The position numbers and the translations under genes were made by a program. Below the pieces are notes generated by a model that was given only the letters and a program-made list of their open reading frames with translations, was not told the origin of the DNA and made no database searches. Positions 23,885 through 32,000 of a DNA stretch of 32,000 nucleotides are shown one piece after another. Source of the stretch: Zygophlyctis sp. KS116. Its lineage: Eukaryota; Fungi; Chytridiomycota. Location of the stretch: the NCBI GenBank assembly GCA_054661495.1, contig BAAFSQ010000043.1, positions 23,893 to 55,892 on the forward strand. Direction: 5' to 3'. Position 1 is the stretch's first letter. Each line of letters begins with the position of its first letter.

Positions 23885-25207
23885 TTAAAGATATAATGCT
23901 AATAAAGTAAATCCAAATTTAAAGCTTGCATCAGTCATTGAGTAGAATAATTCTGATTCTAGAAATCTGAATACAGTTAATAGTCCAAGTGTCCATGTAA
24001 GAACTAGAATAGAAAACATCCAAAATATACTTTTTTGAATTCGAGAGATTCTAGTCTTTTTGTCAAGATCAGAGTCTAGATTTGGAATAAATTGATTCAA
24101 GTCAATCAATATGCTTCCAATTAGAAATATTGCAAATCCTCCAAAGATTTCGCATAAAGGAGTAAATTGTCCAGATGATATAAGTAGTGATAGAATGAAA
24201 ATTGGAATTTTGAGTCTTGTGTTACTCTCTAAAGGTTTTCCTGTTCTTATGAGGGAAGAAATTTCAAGTAAACATGGTAGTGAGACATTCCAATCAATAA
24301 ATCTAGCAGTCTGAATTGGAATACCTAATGGTCCATATAATTTGGGTGTAATTCCAAGATAAAGAAGAGAATATACCAATACTGAAAAACTGTTGATTCC
24401 AAAGAAAATAATTGCTAATGTTCTTTTAAAGATTGATTTACTCATTAAATCTAATCTTAATTTTATAAAACATACAAGATTGGTATGAAAAACCAGCTCC
24501 AATACTTAAAAGACACAATGTTACTAAATTTAGAAATTTATAGTCTTACAGAGATATAATGAATTCAAAAATTCAAAATTCAAATGACTTCCTCTAAATC
24601 CGAATATACCCATAAATACCAGAGCACAAAGTGAAGCTAAACCAAAGACTAGTCTTTTGTGAAAAATATGGACAACATCAAGTTTTGAATCAATATTGGG
24701 CGTCTTTTTAACATCAGGGATCGCATGTACAAAATCATCCCATAGTTTAGGATAGTTATTTAATAGTGAGACTGCTACAATTGGCAGTTGTTCAATCACT
24801 CTACTCTTAACTTGATCTATTTGTTTGATCACTTTTCCTTGAACTTGCTGTAATTGTTTAATCATTTTACTCTCAACGGTTTCCGGCACCTTGCGTCCTT
24901 TCAATGTAATCATTGGGAATTTTATCCGAAATATGTTGATCCATCCCATTGTAATCCATGCGAATGGATTTAATATGTAAAACCACTGAAATGATATCCA
25001 TGATATCGGATTCAATAATTTAAGTGAATATTTCTTATTTTTGCTTGATGATGCAGTTGATGCCATTGTCTTTTGACTCCAGTAAGTCAACTTGTGCCTT
25101 GATGCCGGACATTTACAGTCTGCACACTTAATTGCCCCATCATTAGCATATTCTTGACAATCGCATGAATTACAAGCTCCTCTAAAATAAGAGTCTTTAT
25201 CCTTCAT
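23885..25207 (-). CDS. Microbial rhodopsin of the fungal RhoGC/CyclOp type lacking the guanylyl cyclase domain (423 aa)
   Basis: Exons 25207-24550, 24523-24476 and 24450-23885 (introns of 26 and 25 nt; 1272 nt total). N-terminus MKDKDSYFRGACNSCDCQEY..CADCKC....H, helix C ARFIDWNVSLP and helix G YSMTDASFKFGFTL with DxxxK. The stop follows helix G. Confidence 0.88.
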
Positions 25208-25425
25208 TCGATTTGATTGTTTACTAGTTTACGCCACTGAGAGCCTCAAAACTCGTCATTCTCTCAATTGCTATTTATATAAATTCATAAAATATTCCCA
25301 TTCAAGGGGAAAATTATATAGTCTGAAAAAGTACAGAATAAGTATTCAAGTGCCAAAATCACCATGCCAAAAATAAGAAATCATCAGTGAAATGCAATTA
25401 AATTTGAATATTGACTACAGCATGC

Positions 25426-27770
25426 TTACCAATGTGTAAATGATTGGGGAGGAGGATTAAACACTTTTTGCCTTTCCTGAGAATCAGTTGGATTATATTG
25501 ATTTTGAGATTGATTGAACCATGCAGGGCTCGATTCTGAAGGGTGGTGCGTCAAGTGGAATATATTCCCTGTATTGGCAACTACATTTCCAGTTATACCT
25601 CCATGGGCTCCAGCATTTAGCCAGGGGGATACCGGATTATTTATATGAGGATTAGAGAATGTCCCACCAACAATCATGGGTGGCATCGGTCCTGGTGATG
25701 GAAGAATGTCAGGATTGACTAGAGGTGACGATACAATCTGTTTTGACCATGGGGATTCCAGAGTATTAGAAGAGCTTGGAGGCTGATGAGGCTGACCAAA
25801 TCTAGTAAAACCTGGAGGTGGAGGTATAGAGAATCCTGTTTTATCAGAGAGTTGCATATTGGGAGGTGGTCTATCAACAGTATTTATACCCATCGGGGTG
25901 CCAAAAAAATCCACAGGTGTTTGCGGAAGAGGGGGCATCCCAGTCCCACCAGGGGTAGTAAAAGCGGTGTTTTGTCGAGCTCCCATTGGGGAAGATACGA
26001 GCCCTAGAAAGGACATTGTATTAACTCCATCTGATGGAAGATCTTGGATCATCATATCATTATTTGCAGAATTTTTTACATTTCCAGACATTGGGGTTCC
26101 GCCAAACGATTTTAAATCCTTGATTAATGAATCTGACTTGAAAGAAGAGCCCCAGAAATTTGAAGGGGAGTTGGGGGAATGCTGTTCCTTCTTTCTCCCC
26201 TTGTACACCAAAATTTCCTGATCTTCTGATTCTTCGTCCATTTTCTGCAAAATGCTATTCAATACCGGATGTACATCTTCCAGCGTTGAGACGGGAGTGA
26301 TATTTTCCTGCTCTTCAGATTTTGAAAGAACAAATTGAGGAATATCTTCACTCTTCAATATTTTCAAGCCCAGTTTCTAAAAATTAGAATAAATGATGAA
26401 AATACCGGAAACTTTTCAACTTGTAGACCTAGAAACAAGATTTGAGTTGCTCGTACTCTTTTTTCTTCTGTTGCATTTTCATTCAACTTATCCAAAGTCC
26501 AGAATGAAGCAGTAGGATCATTTGCAAAAAGAAGCCAGCCGATATTTTCAACATCTTCCCTGACCAGTTCCAAGATCAAGGGCTCTTGAAATAAAGAAGA
26601 GTATTCAGAGCAAAATCTGTTAAAAAATCCAATAATATATGGGCGAATACTATCCTTAAAAGTCTTAATGACCACATCTTCATCCATATGACTAAAAAGA
26701 AATCTAATATACAGTTTGAGCGCATTAAAACACAAGTCTAGCTGTTTTTGTCCATCCATAACATATTTCAAAACCATTCCCACTATTTCAACAGATAAAT
26801 TCCATAAAACCAACTGTCTTGCTTTACCCTCCTGACCAGCTAGAGATTGTAAAGCAGAGTGTGACCAAATACTTTTTAAATATCTTGACTTTATCATATT
26901 TCCCCTTGACAAATCTTGATATAATTCATTTAAAAACAATATTTTAACCTGTAAGAAATTATCTATACTTTTTTCAATCAGTAATGAAGAATGTAAAAGT
27001 ATTAAATACTGACAAAGCGTTCCTTGGGCTGATAAATCCTTTAGACTATCTCTAGCAGCAATTTTCTTTAATAATACAACTACATTATCAAATCCAGTGC
27101 TAAAAGGTATTGTAACACTTAAACTTTTAAAGTAGTAATCCAATGCTCCTAATTCATTCCCTTCATAACTTTCAATGACTGCGAGTTGATTGTAAGGATT
27201 CCCATTTTCTGGAAAGAGCCATATTGCCAATGTATAAAAGTTTCTAGCCAGTGACCATCTCTTTTCTCTTTTTCCATTCATGGGAACATGCAATTCTCTA
27301 TATCTTGCCAAATCTCCCAGATATATTAATGATCTATGAATTGTTTTCGAGACTTTTTCTTGCAATGCAGGAGATAATGTCATTGGGACAAGGCTAAATT
27401 CCGGATCATAGGTGTCAGAGTCGTATACATCTAACCTAGAAACTACAATTTCATTGACCCTAACCAGATTGTATGCGATGCCCCAGGCCTTGACCCAAAA
27501 CAGATAAAATTTTGTAGCGTCCGCCAAATAAACGCGAAAAGAATTGATGAGTTTCTTTTCTACCTTTAGTCGTTTTCTAAACTCTTCAATCATTCTGTAA
27601 TGTCCGACTTTCCATACCATATCCACAACTGTATCATATTCCTTTTCTAAATTTGGATTTAGACTACTGAAAGCAGCATGTACAGCTTGATTCTTTACAG
27701 TCATTAACCAAGATATTTTGTCTAGAGTCCAGTTCTCTTCCTTTTTTAAAACTGATTTTAAATTTTGCAT
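25426..27770 (-). CDS. EST1/SMG7-like NMD factor (14-3-3-like TPR domain, Pro-rich tail, no PIN domain)
   Basis: IYLGDLARYRE, ARNFYTLAIWLFPENGNPYNQLAVI and ALDYYFKSL. Intron 26377-26405 (29 nt) joins the low-complexity C-terminus. Confidence 0.88.
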
Positions 27771-27891
27771 TTTCAAGATTTTTCCAAAAATTTTAGGGTT
27801 AGATTTTGAACCTAAACTGTGGATTTTAAAAGTTACTTTACTAGGATGAAATTATTTCTTCTTTATTTTTAAAATCTAATATTGTGTCTCT

Positions 27892-29121
27892 CTATGAAAA
27901 TCTAGCAGTTTCCATGATTCCAGATGCGGTAATAGCTGCTTTATCATTTGCATCCATTCTGGGATCGGCTAGTAACAGTCGGACAATGTCATCATACCCT
28001 TCTTCAGCAGCAAACATAATTGCTCTATTACTCTGATCAAAAGGATTAACTCGTGGGTCTTTCAATAAAAGTTTAACAATTTCCAATCTTCCATTTCGTG
28101 CAGCTTGTATAATTGCTGTATTTTTTCCATCTGAAGGATCCACCCTTGGATCTGCAAGTAAAAGTTTGACAACATCATCATTTCCGAATCCTGCTGCAGA
28201 AATAAGAGCAGTATTAACTTGATCTGAAGGATCTACTCTTGGGTCTTTTAATAAAAGGCGTACCAGTTCAATATTATCATTCTCGGCTGCATATTGAATG
28301 GCTAAATTAAACTGATCTGAAGGATCTACTCTTGGGTCTGTTAATAAAAGGCGTACCAGTTCAATATTATCATTCTCGGCTGCATCTATAATCAAAGAAT
28401 TATCCCAAATAGTAGGATCTACCCTAGAATCAGCTAGTATAAGTTTGAGAATATTAAAGTTTCCATGGTTTGATGCCTCTTGAAATGCATCATCAAGCAA
28501 ATATGAGGCATCTAATTTGGGATTTGCAAGTAAAAGTCTAAAAATTTCTTCATTTCCATTACGAGCTGCCTCTGTAGTCAATTCTTCATTCCTTAATGAT
28601 GGATATTTTTCCAAAAGATGTTTTATCATATTGAATTTTTGATAACGGAAAGCTTCAACGAAAACATCATTAGTTACTAAGCATCCTTTCTTCAAAAGCT
28701 TTTCCACTAGATTAGTATTTTCCATCAACACAGCATGAACCATAGGATTTTTGAGACCCCATTCTGAAGCTTTCCGGAAATCTATTGTAGGATTTTCCAA
28801 AATTTCATTCATATAAGTTTTCTTCAATGGATGATCAATCGGAATTTTTAGCCAAAATGCTAGTGCCCCACTTTCGTCTGCATCAAGTCTAGCGTTATGA
28901 AATTTAAGTGAATTCAGTGATTTCCCTGATAAGGTCTTCCCTGGAGCCGGATGGGCAGAAGCAAGATTGAATGCAGACTTCCAGGGCAAATACCCCATTA
29001 TTTTAGCTATGCTATCTTGAGGAAGTATTCCAAGATTCGGGGAGATACTCTTTATTGGTTGAAGGGGAACTGCCGATGCTAGCATGAATAGTAAAATAAG
29101 AATAGAACAAAGTATTATCAT
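27892..29121 (-). CDS. Putatively secreted F-box-like plus ankyrin repeat (DPRVDPS-type) protein
   Basis: From ATG 29121: signal-like MIILCSILILLFMLASA|VP, F-box-like LGILPQDSIAKIMGYLPWKSAFNL, then multiple ankyrin repeats (AA.NG..EIV.LLL.DPRVDPS). Intronless. The ORF track starts upstream at 29229. Confidence 0.85.
   Translation of the reverse strand: MIILCSILILLFMLASAVPLQPIKSISPNLGILPQDSIAKIMGYLPWKSAFNLASAHPAPGKTLSGKSLNSLKFHNARLDADESGALAFWLKIPIDHPLKKTYMNEILENPTIDFRKASEWGLKNPMVHAVLMENTNLVEKLLKKGCLVTNDVFVEAFRYQKFNMIKHLLEKYPSLRNEELTTEAARNGNEEIFRLLLANPKLDASYLLDDAFQEASNHGNFNILKLILADSRVDPTIWDNSLIIDAAENDNIELVRLLLTDPRVDPSDQFNLAIQYAAENDNIELVRLLLKDPRVDPSDQVNTALISAAGFGNDDVVKLLLADPRVDPSDGKNTAIIQAARNGRLEIVKLLLKDPRVNPFDQSNRAIMFAAEEGYDDIVRLLLADPRMDANDKAAITASGIMETARFS
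28220..28385. repeat. Recent tandem duplication of one ankyrin unit (93-bp period)
   Basis: 28220-28292 and 28313-28385 are identical over 73 bp except one mismatch (GGGTCTTTTAA vs GGGTCTGTTAA). Confidence 0.9.
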
Positions 29122-29428
29122 TAATTTTTTGTCCGAAAATTTGTTTAGCGCTTTACGTTTCAACTTGCGGCTAACTTGATGTTTTAGTGATTTACAGCGA
29201 TTATTGACCGGATATTGTATGAAACTCATGTCGAAAGATATAATAGAATATCATTTCGAAATAAACTAAATCTTAAAACAAAATGATTTTTTTTTAAAAA
29301 AAGGATGAATTGCCTTTTTTCTTTCTTCACTATCTTAAAATCAACTTGAGAAAGAAAGAACCAGTGCTCTTTGATTGAGATATTCTAATGCAGATCACAA
29401 AGAGAGTATCGCTTTTAATTAGCCATGA

Positions 29429-30760
29429 CTAAGGAGAACTACTGGCGGAGAGCATAGAACTTGTGGTGTTTATTGTACATGAGCTATACTTATTATCTTT
29501 GACAGTTGTGCCCTTTGGGGGCTTTGGGGGGTGGTGTGCGAATCCACAAAATTTGAAATAGATTTGCATTTTGTTTTTTTTAAATCTCTGCTGGAGCTTG
29601 GTAAAATTTAGAAGTTGGTACAAGTTCATTTCACTTGGTAATGGTGGTTGATTTGTAGGCTTTGATTGAAAGAAAACTCGGAACCTGTTATTATTCTTTG
29701 AACCGATAGCAAAATGTTCAAAAGTGTCCCCCGTTGCTACATTACAGTGTTTAAGGAGAGGATGATTAATTGTGGCCTGATTTAACTTAGCACCCGCGTA
29801 ACGTCCTCTGCTTCTGTAGGATATTTTATAACTGGCAAATTTAAGTCCGGCCCTTTCCGAGGGAGTACGGGTTTCGTTGGCTGGAAAACTTCTGCCATCA
29901 CAGTCATAGCTTAAGTTATCATTCAGCATAGCCAAAAAACTGCTCTCGCTATCTTGATCCACATATAGTCCTGCGTCAAATTGACCTACAGGGATAGGAG
30001 AAGCAGATGCTATAGCAGTAGATGCTGTAGCAGTAGATGCTGTTGTAGCGGTCGTAGCAGATGTAGTAATTGGAAGTGCAGGCTGGCAGATGTTTGCTCC
30101 AGAAGATCGTCGATGAATTCCTTCTGAGGAGCACAAAAATTCTTTTGCTTTAACTATATCCATTGTTGGATTTGTATTATACAAATGTCCAATTTCAATT
30201 CCATCCAATTTTGAGTCAAATGTGCCATCTTCCATTGAGATCCATCCTCTCAAAAGATCTTGAGAATCCTTGGTTGCATTATGAGATAGTATCGCCCAAT
30301 GCGTATGCAGATTTTCTTTTGTAGCTAATTGATTAGCTTCCGAATAAGAAAGACTTGACATTGAAGCAAGATTGTCTTCAAAATACTTAAGATAGCGAAA
30401 CCAATTTGGATTCATTCTCTCCTTTCGAGCAGCCTCCTGCGCCGCCATGTAATTTTGTTTGGTGACACTTTGTAAAAGAGATACATGCTGTTCAATGATT
30501 AGATTCTTTAACAGAGCTGCTTTAATATCTGGATTATGATTTGTTTCCCATTCTTTCAACGCAAAATAATCATCAAGAGTTGGATTATGAAATTGACTTG
30601 CATAAAGATCAGGAGCTGAATTGCCGTTATCTTTGGCATATTGTTTTGCAACGGCAAAAGTAGACATTTGTGCTCTTTCAGCATCCTGATTCGCCAAGAC
30701 TATTGATATCGACGAGAATACAGCATGAATAATACATAGATAGTACAGTTTCAATGACAT
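29429..30760 (-). CDS. Hypothetical secreted protein with a Thr/Ala/Ser-rich linker
   Basis: 443 aa intronless ORF with a hydrophobic N-terminus (LYYLCIIHAVFSSISIVLA), an HRR dibasic site and a TTSATTATTASTATAS linker between two apparent domains. Confidence 0.7.
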   Translation of the reverse strand: MSLKLYYLCIIHAVFSSISIVLANQDAERAQMSTFAVAKQYAKDNGNSAPDLYASQFHNPTLDDYFALKEWETNHNPDIKAALLKNLIIEQHVSLLQSVTKQNYMAAQEAARKERMNPNWFRYLKYFEDNLASMSSLSYSEANQLATKENLHTHWAILSHNATKDSQDLLRGWISMEDGTFDSKLDGIEIGHLYNTNPTMDIVKAKEFLCSSEGIHRRSSGANICQPALPITTSATTATTASTATASTAIASASPIPVGQFDAGLYVDQDSESSFLAMLNDNLSYDCDGRSFPANETRTPSERAGLKFASYKISYRSRGRYAGAKLNQATINHPLLKHCNVATGDTFEHFAIGSKNNNRFRVFFQSKPTNQPPLPSEMNLYQLLNFTKLQQRFKKNKMQIYFKFCGFAHHPPKPPKGTTVKDNKYSSCTINTTSSMLSASSSP

Positions 30761-30960
30761 GTTGATTTCTTAAAATTAAGAAAATTGCGGCAGGATCAGA
30801 AGACTTGTTTTGCGGCATCGTAATGCCACTCTTTCTATGAATCTCTAAATGATTTGCTCGATTGCAAAATCTAATTTAAATGCAATTTGATGGCATTCGG
30901 CCCCTTTTGAATCAGTATATCAGAATGTTTTTAGAATTTACGGTATTCAAGGCTATACTA

Positions 30961-30998
30961 AATTCACTTGGAAACTCACTTGGAAACTCACTTGGAAA
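30961..30998 (+). repeat. 12-bp tandem repeat (about 3 copies of AACTCACTTGGA) upstream of the LRR gene
   Basis: AATTCACTTGGA AACTCACTTGGA AACTCACTTGGA is read directly; each unit contains CACTTG. Confidence 0.9.
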
Positions 30999-31031
30999 AT
31001 GCCGCAGAATGCCGCTTTACTCTTTTCAAAA

Positions 31032-32000
31032 ATGAAATCCACAATGAACATTTGTACTTTACTTGCTTTTCTGGCTGGATTTGCACAAGCTCAGTATGTA
31101 AACTGTATCGAAATTTCCCAGGAGACTGGAGAAGCTCAGGAACACCCAGAGTGCTGTTGGGTTGTCCGATCTTGGCAAATGATGGGTCAAACTATTCCAA
31201 GTCACATCTCACCTACAGACAACAGTTGTTGTAGTAATTCTATGGATGGTGTGACGTGTGACCCTTCAAATACTACTGTTACTGAGCTAAATTGGATGAG
31301 TAGAGGTCTTTCAGGTTCCTTTCCCAAAGATATTGGAAATTTGATAAATTTGCAAACTCTGTAATTATTTTCTGAATTTAAACTTAAGTCTTCTTAACAG
31401 CAATCAACTATCAGGTTCAATTCCTGCAGAGATTGGAAATTTGATAAATTTGCAAGAACTGTAATTATTTTCAAAATTTAAAATCACAGGTGGCTTCGAA
31501 ATAATCAACTCTCAGATTCAATCCCGTCATGGATTGGAAATTTGATAAATTTGCAAACATTGTAACTTTAAGCTAAATTTTAACTCAAGATATCTTTCTG
31601 GAAATCAATTCACAGGAGAAATTCCTGAAGAAATTGAAAGATTGACTAATTTGCAAACTCTGTAATTATTTTAAAACTTAAAATGAAAGTGATCTTTCCA
31701 GCAATTCACTCTCAGATTCAATCCCTGCTGAAATTGAAAATTTAAAAAGTTTGAAATATCTGTAATTATTTTAAAAATTAAAAATGAAAGTGATCTTTCC
31801 AGCAATTCACTCTCAGATTCAATCCCGTCATGGATTGGAAATTTGATAAATTTGAAAACTCTGTAACTTTAAGCTAAATTTTAACTCAAGATATCTTTCT
31901 GGAAATCAATTCACAGGAGAAATTCCTGAAGAAATTGAAAGATTGACTAATTTGCAAACTCTGTAATTATTTTAAAACTTAAAATGAAAGTGATCTTTCC
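31032..32000 (+). CDS. Secreted or surface plant-type LRR protein (continues beyond the right edge)
   Basis: Signal peptide MNICTLLAFLAGFAQA, Cys cap (CC...CC..MDGVTC) and 24-aa LxLxxNxLSGxIPxxIGNLxNLxxL repeats. Each repeat is a 72-nt exon. Introns 31361-31388, 31461-31489, 31562-31589, 31662-31689, 31762-31790, 31863-31890 and 31963-31990. The start may be 30999, 31032 or 31044. Confidence 0.9.
31310..32000 (+). repeat. Tandem ~100-bp exon+intron units with a higher-order 301-bp duplication
   Basis: Each unit is a 72-nt exon plus a 28-29 nt intron; 31562-31699 recurs essentially unchanged at 31863-32000. Confidence 0.92.

Noticed and set aside
24270-24315. Identity with the near-infrared NeoR
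   Set aside because: As I recall, NeoR has extra carboxylates near the chromophore and retains a cyclase domain. Here helix C reads DWNVSLP and the cyclase is absent.
22891-25207. Rhodopsin-kinase fusion (a novel enzyme rhodopsin)
   Set aside because: The rhodopsin has TAA at 23885-23887 with no GT donor between the retinal Lys and the stop. There is an in-frame TAA directly before the kinase ATG. A ~200-nt intron would also be far outside the observed size range.
29285-29303. Poly-T/poly-A inverted run as a terminator or transposon end
   Set aside because: It is low-complexity sequence expected in AT-rich spacers, with no partner TIR, target-site duplication or transposase.
31310-32000. 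CRISPR-like repeat-spacer array
   Set aside because: The units are GT-AG introns alternating with in-frame LRR exons in eukaryotic DNA, and there are no cas genes.

Overview
AT-rich, gene-dense eukaryotic DNA, most likely a zoosporic fungus (chytrid). This rests on an axonemal dynein, fungal-type housekeeping genes and chytrid-typical DPRVDPS ankyrin and plant-like LRR genes. The ORF track looks fragmented because genes are split by very short GT-AG introns; I delimited 49 of them by frame and motif continuity, all 24-33 nt. Reassembled genes in order: DNAH6-like dynein heavy chain (runs off the left edge), Crinkler-like gene, coilin-N plus two OST-HTH/LOTUS-like repeats, MRX11-like, MED14, UBE2W, DENN+C1 protein, SP-RING protein, NOT2, a minimal kinase-fold protein, a microbial rhodopsin, SMG7/EST1-like, a secreted F-box/ankyrin protein, an unknown secreted protein and an LRR gene built from 72-nt exon cassettes (runs off the right edge). 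The most striking item is at 23885-25207 (-). It is a three-exon homolog of the fungal rhodopsin-guanylyl cyclase (BeGC1/CyclOp type: MKDKD..RGAC Cys-rich N-terminus, 8 TM, DxxxK retinal lysine) that stops right after helix 7, with no cyclase domain. All family assignments come from motif recall, not database searches.
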